Below are positions 35,914-41,988 of a stretch of DNA of 41,988 bases, in pieces (positions within the stretch are counted from its first letter, which is position 1; each line of letters starts with the position of its first letter). This stretch comes from Catajapyx aquilonaris (lineage: Eukaryota). The translations under genes were made by a program, and so were the position numbers. Location: the NCBI GenBank assembly GCA_000934665.2, contig JYFJ02003416.1, positions 1-41,988 of the forward strand, in the 5' to 3' direction. The notes beneath the pieces are model-generated. The model was not told where the DNA came from. It saw only the letters and a program-made list of their open reading frames with translations, and made no database searches.

Positions 35914-36554
35914 TACATATTGGCCCTATTTTAAGACATTTCACATTAACAACTATTTCAATATTACTGTAAATAAAGGAAAATTTTTATATTTATTAAA
36001 TAAACAAAATCGAAACATAAACACATCACTGCAACACCTGGAAGTCCAAACATATGAGGGTATATAAAAAGACTGGAACAGATTTTTTTCCCTGAACTAC
36101 TCTGCGACCACCGTAAGAGTGAACCTTTGCCTGTACAAAAGAAAAAGGGGGAATCCGGAAAGTATGCTATACAAATACGTTTGAAATATTGATTTGGACT
36201 GTACCTGGCAGAAGGCCAACAACTATAGTTCCAAAGCTTCCAAGCTTCCAAAGCTTGCAGGTTTTCTCGGTAGTAGCCTATACCTGCCATTTACTTGCAG
36301 GCTTCGGAGAGTTAGGGAGGAAGAGCACTGACTTTTGGATCTCTCTCACAGTAGGGTTGGTATAAGTTTGTGTAAATTTCATACCTGCAACATGATAAGT
36401 GTTCACACACAAATATTGTGTAGTTGCATTATGAATTGCAGGATACCTGAAGTTGCCAGGGTAATTAAGTACTCACTTGTCAGTTGGTGACCACTGGGTT
36501 ATGACCTAAAATGGCCTTGAGGCCAAATCTGATGCTGACAATACTCCCATTTTA

Positions 36555-36790
36555 GGGAGACGGAGTGGCGCCGCGGTAACGCGTGCGCCCACGGAAGTTA
36601 AGGTCCCGGGTTCAATCCCCACCCGGGGTTCCCACCTTCTTTCGTGCAGAGTGAGACCGTCTCTGGCTTCGTTTCGGGTGGCGATCCTTTCACATATGCC
36701 ACCCGGGGGAGTTCACAAAACGGCACATCAACGACATTGCATACGCACTTTGCACATCCCCTCCTACTTACCCTTGGAACACACTAAATA
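36555..36790 (+). mobile_element. tRNA-derived SINE
   Basis: A-box-like TGGCGCCGCGG (36566) and B-box GGTTCAATCC (36609-36618). No acceptor-stem closure, and the GC-rich body continues. The 3' end is approximate. Confidence 0.65.
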
Positions 36791-37779
36791 CTATCTTAGT
36801 ATACCGGTTCCACCCAAATGGTGGTATTCCACCCCCCTAAAGGAAATGTAACTCCCAATGGGGTAATGCAAAAAAAAAAATACTCCCATTTTGGGGTCAA
36901 CACTTTTGAAACATCAAAAAAATTAGTAACTCCCAATTTGGTCCTCATTTTTATCTCCTGTGGCCTCATTTTGACACAGGTAGTCCAGGAAAGCAAAGCT
37001 ATTGAGTCTGTTTTTGAAAATGGTGAAATGGCTACGGTATTTACAACTGGCCGCAGCATTGCCCTACTGCCCATCCACCTGCCCTAGTTGCCAGTGCCCA
37101 TTTCCTCTCAGCCCATCTTCCTTACTCCATTTGTTACTCCTGCTCCTGACTCGGCCCCATATCATTACCCTCTGAACCCATTTTCCCAGGGCAAACCTGC
37201 TCCTTCACTACCTCCACTTTCCTCAGTGCACAGCACTTTGCAAGTCCCTCACCCATCATCTCTACTTCTGTCCAAACACCATTCGTTAATAGCAACAGGA
37301 TCTCTTGGGATGATCCCATGGAACTGGACACTCTCTAACCCTGTTCCTGCCCTGGCCCAGGGGGCTCCAGCATCCACACATATCACTAGGGGTGTCACGG
37401 AAAACTTTTGGCAAAAAAAAAAAAAACCAACAACTCTAGAGCTGTAACCATATATTGCACAGATGTATGATTTTAGAAAGAAAAAAAAACTCTAATGCGA
37501 GGGGGATAGGGAAGGAAGCAAATGTGGATCATTTTGGCAGGGAACCATCCCATAATTATCTAGAGAATCATCATCACCATCACGACATTTCCCTATGAGG
37601 GGTAGTCAGCGATGAAGGCAGATGCAAGCTAACCCAATATATGAACTCAATTAAAACTTGTGAAAATAAAACTATAAACAACCTGTCCCACCCCCCACCC
37701 CTTCCCATCTCAGACGACAGACACTGAATATTAAATTTAAATGTTACACTATGCAATGTGGTACTTTGCCAAATCAAGT

Positions 37780-38170
37780 CCCCCCCCCCAACCCGCCACT
37801 ACTCCGGACGCCCTGAGCACGCCGACGTGTATGGCACCACCCTTGCACCTCATTGACCCCGCCAAATTGGCCCATCTACTCACCGGAGTGAAGGAAGCCT
37901 TATCCTCAGACCTATTTACCCAAAAATTAACCTACACCATTTACATCTATCCAAGCAAACAACCTTAGCCTCAGCCATGTCCATGGTCCTATTGACACAT
38001 GAACATCTCGGCTTAACACTAGCAACACACTTAAGACACTGACGCACCTGGTCCAACTATGTCTTCCTAGGCCTACCCTTGCCCCTCTTACCAACTACTC
38101 CCCCCAAATAAACCTTCTTCACAATCTCCTCCTCCTTCATCCTCTCCACATGGCTAAACCACCTTGAGTA
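37780..38170 (-). mobile_element. 5'-truncated RTE-clade non-LTR retrotransposon (3' fragment)
   Basis: Minus strand translates RWFSHVERMKEEEIVKKVYLGGVVGKRGKGRPRKT*LDQV...MDMAEAKVVCLDRCKW, the typical RTE ORF C-terminus (WFGHVxRM...RGRP..W). Contains an in-frame stop. Boundaries are approximate. Confidence 0.8.
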
Positions 38171-38293
38171 GACCTACACACCTGATCTTTAACAGTCCTA
38201 GAAGAATCTCGAGAATGATCAGGCAAAACCACAGAAGTCCAGATTAGGTTTCTGATAGACTCAACCTGGATGGCAGCAGCTGTTACACTAGGC

Positions 38294-39037
38294 CAGCGTT
38301 TCTCAACCGGGTTTCCTTAAGCAAATGCCAGGGGTTTCGGAAGAAATAGTGATAACAATCGGCTCAAGCCTTGTTTTCCCTGCCGTTGTCGTGCCGCGGA
38401 GGGCATGAACCACGCACTGTTAAAACAGAGTTCGTTTATCGTGTAGTTCCCTCCGCTTGGACGGGGACACGAGGGTCGGGGGTTCGTGTGCAGATAAATG
38501 GCACGACAAGGAACCATGAAAAGGTAGTCGAGCCATCTGTTTGTGTCATCTGCATTCGAAATCCGTGCGGTTGCCAAGCAAAAGCGGCTGTGAAGCAGTT
38601 TATTGATTAGAAACTGTGGAAAACCTGCAGCGGGGGCTTGTAGTGAAAACAACTAAACTTATTTTCGAATGAAGATTTCGTGCGACATGAATTAGCGGCA
38701 CGACGACAGCAGTGAAAACAAGGCTTAATCCTATGTAAGTGTATTTTTGAGTCATTCACTGATATAATAATTTTTATGTAGGGGTTCCCGGGCGACACGG
38801 TGGCGGAGTGGTTAGCGCCGCAGCATTCCACCTCTAAGGTCCCGAGTTCGATCCCCGGGTCGGACAGAGGATACTTATGTGGATGGAGTTTCGATGGGTT
38901 CTCTCCGTGTTCGCGTGGGTTTTCCCGGGGTTCTCCCGTTTCCTCCCACTATCAAAATCCATCACATTTCAGGCAAATGATTAAAGTCGGTTATTCAAAA
39001 GATGATCCCCTAAGAGGCCCATCCATTATCCATTATC

Positions 39038-39088
<51 letters not shown>

Positions 39089-39139
39089 GTAGGGGTTCCC
39101 GGAGACATGAAAATAATTTCAAGAGTTCCCCGAACGCTG
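38294..39139. mobile_element. Non-autonomous hAT (Charlie/Buster-type) element
   Basis: Left TIR CAGCGTTTCTCAACC. Right end ...aacgctg (partly deleted). 8-bp TSD cactaggc (38286-38293) and cactagac (39140-39147) with central TA. Confidence 0.75.
38790..39086 (+). mobile_element. tRNA-derived SINE with V-domain-like core and (TTA)n tail, nested in the hAT element
   Basis: A box TGGCGGAGTGG, B box AGTTCGATCC. Core gttctctccgtgttcgcgtgggttttcccggggttctcccgtttcctcccact. (tta)n tail. Flanking direct repeat ttatgtaggggttcccgg at 38774-38791 and 39085-39102. Confidence 0.88.
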
Positions 39140-39192
39140 CACTAGACTGTCTCACGCACAGTGAAAAGGAAGCCTGACAATGGTTACTCTAA

Positions 39193-39382
39193 GGCCCAGT
39201 TCACGCATGGCCACTTTTAGTGGCAGCAACTGGCTACAGCAACTGACCACTTTTGGTTACACAGGATTGACTGAGAGATTGGCCATGTGTGAATGCTCTC
39301 ATTCAATCCTGTGTAATTCCAAAAGTGGTCAGTTGCTGTAGCCAGTTGCTGCCACTAAAAGTGGCCACGTGTGAACCAGGCC
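39193..39382. mobile_element. PIF/Harbinger (Tourist-like) palindromic MITE
   Basis: ~85-bp near-perfect inverted arms with GGCC termini. TAA on the left, AAA on the right (degenerate 3-bp TSD). Confidence 0.75.
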
Positions 39383-40316
39383 AAACTGACCACTTCACTA
39401 TAGATGCAAGCCTATTCCTAATTCCAACTTCTGGTTCCAGTCCATGGAAGTGTTAGTACGTCAGGACCAAATCCATCATTAGCCTGCTATCAGTTATTGT
39501 TATTGCATACACTATACACTGTACTCCCGATTATCCAGGTGTGGATTATCCAAGTGTTGCCAAAACAAAGAAAACAAATAACAGTCTCGGAAATAATGTC
39601 AATATATCTCGGAAGCAAAGAAAATATTACAGACATTTTTCAGAAGACAAACTGAAAATGTGTGGGAAGTTTCATTATCTGTGTTAAACCTTATTTAAAG
39701 CAGCGTAAGTATGCGCGGTAGTTCATTTAAAACCTCTGAACAGCTCACTTTTACAGCATCTAGGACCATTTTCCAATTATTATTTGTGTTTTTAACAGCG
39801 CACTTTGAATCTCAGTGCTCCACACGAACTCACAAGGCAAAATTGGCAAGAGCACAGCTCAGAGGTCGACCATTTTAATAGCAAAAGGTCACAAAAGGGT
39901 GGGAGACACATCACCAACAGCACCGGGAAGCCCACACAGCAACTTGCACTAGTTGAACACCCAAGAATAGTACAATACCATACCATGGTAATAACCCAAC
40001 AACCACCCAACAACTACTTCAGTCTTAGATTTGACAAGGCATACATGGAAGATTCCCTGATGCTACGTCTCCATGGTCCCAGATTTACTATGTTGGAATT
40101 AGGAGTACACCTGCAGAAGGAAACCAGAATAGAACCAGCCATGGTATTCCTGCTGAATTCTAGCACATTGCACAGGTGTGCCTACTCCAGAAGTCCATAT
40201 CCATTAAAAAGTAGTTATTAGCCTTGTCAGTGGACTTCTCTTACAAACCTCTACCTCTTAACTGTTAAGGTATTAATTTTGGATGTTTAGAGGGAGACAA
40301 GTGTAAATGCATTTGG

Positions 40317-40528
40317 TACTTTTCAGTTTGCTGATACACACTATGCATATTTTCTGGAACAGGCCTACCCATGTTATAGTCAACAATCCCAACTTTCACA
40401 TTTGCATGGAGTAAATTACCTCCATGGAGTAAATAGTGTCAACAATGACTGCATTTCCATGGAGTAACAATAAAGGGTAGGCCTGTTCCAGAAAATATGC
40501 ATAGTTGGTATCAGCAAACAGAAATGTA
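40317..40528. mobile_element. TA-flanked MITE / inverted repeat
   Basis: tacttttcagtttgctgatac..ctatgcatattttctggaacaggcctaccc and gggtaggcctgttccagaaaatatgcatag..gtatcagcaaacagaaatgta. Confidence 0.7.
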
Positions 40529-41436
40529 CAGTGCTGGACACATTAGCCGTTGCTGATGTTTTTTCCGGCGGCGGCGGCTGCGGCTTAACCTGGCAACCCC
40601 GGCCGGCGGGCCAATTCAAACACCAGCATATGGAGAGTGCTTATAGTGTTCTGTCCTTTGTTGCCACTGTTTACAAATCGAGTGAGTGACGCGGACGACC
40701 CAACGTCGGGTCTCTTCTGCCTGCTCACACATCAGTAGCAATAAGGGATACGCAGGGAAAAACGGGAAAATAATGATGTTGGAAGCAAGTCATTTTGGGA
40801 AAATTATCCTTGGACTCAAAGAAATATTTTCTTCCACAGCACACAAAACATATTCCATCGCTGAGGAGGGAGTGTCAAGTAAGATCAGGGGTGTGCAAAT
40901 TGAAAATGCCTCAACTGATGGATTCTTTCGGTTTGGTGTGTCTTTTACATTGTGCTCTATGACACTGAAAATGTTAAAAGTATTGTTTTATTAGTAAGTT
41001 TAATAGACAAGTATCCAGCACGCTTTCTGGCGGGAATAGACTGAAATACTTTTAAGTACGTTTGATATTTTTAGTGTAATAGAGCATGGTGTATAATTTT
41101 ATCGCGCACATTTCTGGCTTGCCGTCCATACATTCGCGTAGTAATTAGGATTATTAACGGCCGAGATAACTGAGGTGTGCAATGAGCTTAATTATGATTC
41201 CACAAAATAATGGCGATTTCTAAGTTTCAAATATATCATTGGATAGAAAAAGAGTTGCACAATCCAGGGTTCACAGGGGGAATTTTTTGGCCTCCTGAAA
41301 GTGTCATAAAAAATTCACTTTGCTGCGTAACTTCAGCAACTAGTCAAAAAATGACACTTTTCCGTGTTCTTCTTGCGATAAAAAATTACATAAAGAAGAT
41401 AGGTAATCAACTGGCATATATGTTACTTAGATTTAA

Positions 41437-41940
41437 GGGGGTGCATTAGTAAAAATACGGTAGGCGCATTTTTGAGGGAATTTTATTTTGTGGCGAAACG
41501 CACCGTTAATCGGAAAAATCAAGTCGAAGGTACCCTGCGCAAAGGTTTGGCCTTTACTGTGGTACCATACTCGATATGACTGCATTAAAATTGTGGACAT
41601 ACGGGCGCAGAAGAGTTCCCAACTTTGTCGCGTTCCTGCCACCATGTTATTCAAATGGGCTTCTCGGGAACGCCATTTTCCTTTCACTTCAACTCGATGA
41701 AAAGGTCACTTCTAGGCCGCAAATGGTAAAATGACGACAAAGGTGCCCTGCGCCAGATCATGTCCTATTTTTGGTGTAATTTTTGTGTCCATTGCTCCAT
41801 TTTTGCGCCCGTACGGCCGCAGAAGCGTAGACATGTCGAATCCCCATATGCTGTCCATGCATACGCGAGTTTGTTTACGTGGTCGCCAAGGGCTCGCATT
41901 GTTACCGATTGTTACCGTATTTTTTTACTAATGCGCCCCC
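41437..41940. mobile_element. Complete TTAA-flanked MITE with purine-starting TIRs (Kolobok/T2-like)
   Basis: TTAA|GGGGGTGCATTAGTAAAAATACGGTA ... TACCGTATTTTTTTACTAATGCGCCCCC|TTAA. A TTAA TSD with GG termini fits Kolobok rather than piggyBac (CCC termini). Confidence 0.8.
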
Positions 41941-41988
41941 TTAAGAGGGCCGGGTACCTGGCGACCGCGCCACTTTTCAGGCAAAGCG

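Noticed and set aside
36560..36630. tRNA gene
   Set aside because: A and B boxes are present but there is no proper acceptor stem or poly-T terminator. Better explained as a SINE head, as is 38790-38865.
87..41931. The remaining short ORFs in the six-frame track, including plus-strand ORFs overlapping ZF exons
   Set aside because: No recognisable domains. They are antisense or alternative-frame shadows of GC-rich exons, fall within transposons, or are chance ORFs with TTG/GTG starts.

Overview
AT-rich eukaryotic DNA, most likely arthropod/insect, not prokaryotic. The main feature is an array of 11 short minus-strand coding exons between 4297 and 31977. Each starts right after a polypyrimidine tract plus CAG splice acceptor in the same intron phase (phase 1), encodes a CCHC finger (C-x2-C...H-x4-C, 'HxxxECG') directly followed by a C2H2 finger, and ends in its own stop codon. 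This is the architecture of the variable 3' region of the BTB-zinc-finger gene longitudinals lacking (lola), which uses mutually exclusive terminal exons. No BTB/common exons are visible, so they probably lie beyond the right end of the window. The introns contain many non-autonomous transposons: long palindromic Tc1/mariner foldbacks, hAT, Kolobok-like (TTAA), PIF/Harbinger-like and 8-bp-TSD MITEs, a Helitron 3' end, two tRNA-derived SINEs (one with a V-SINE-like domain nested in a hAT element) and an RTE LINE 3' fragment. Most other ORFs in the track are spurious. The lola system is known from Drosophila, so the more novel leads here concern how exon choice is encoded: acceptor-masking hairpins, a tightly packed 3-exon cluster that may share one poly(A) site, and long intronic dsRNA foldbacks. 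All annotation was done by eye without database searches.
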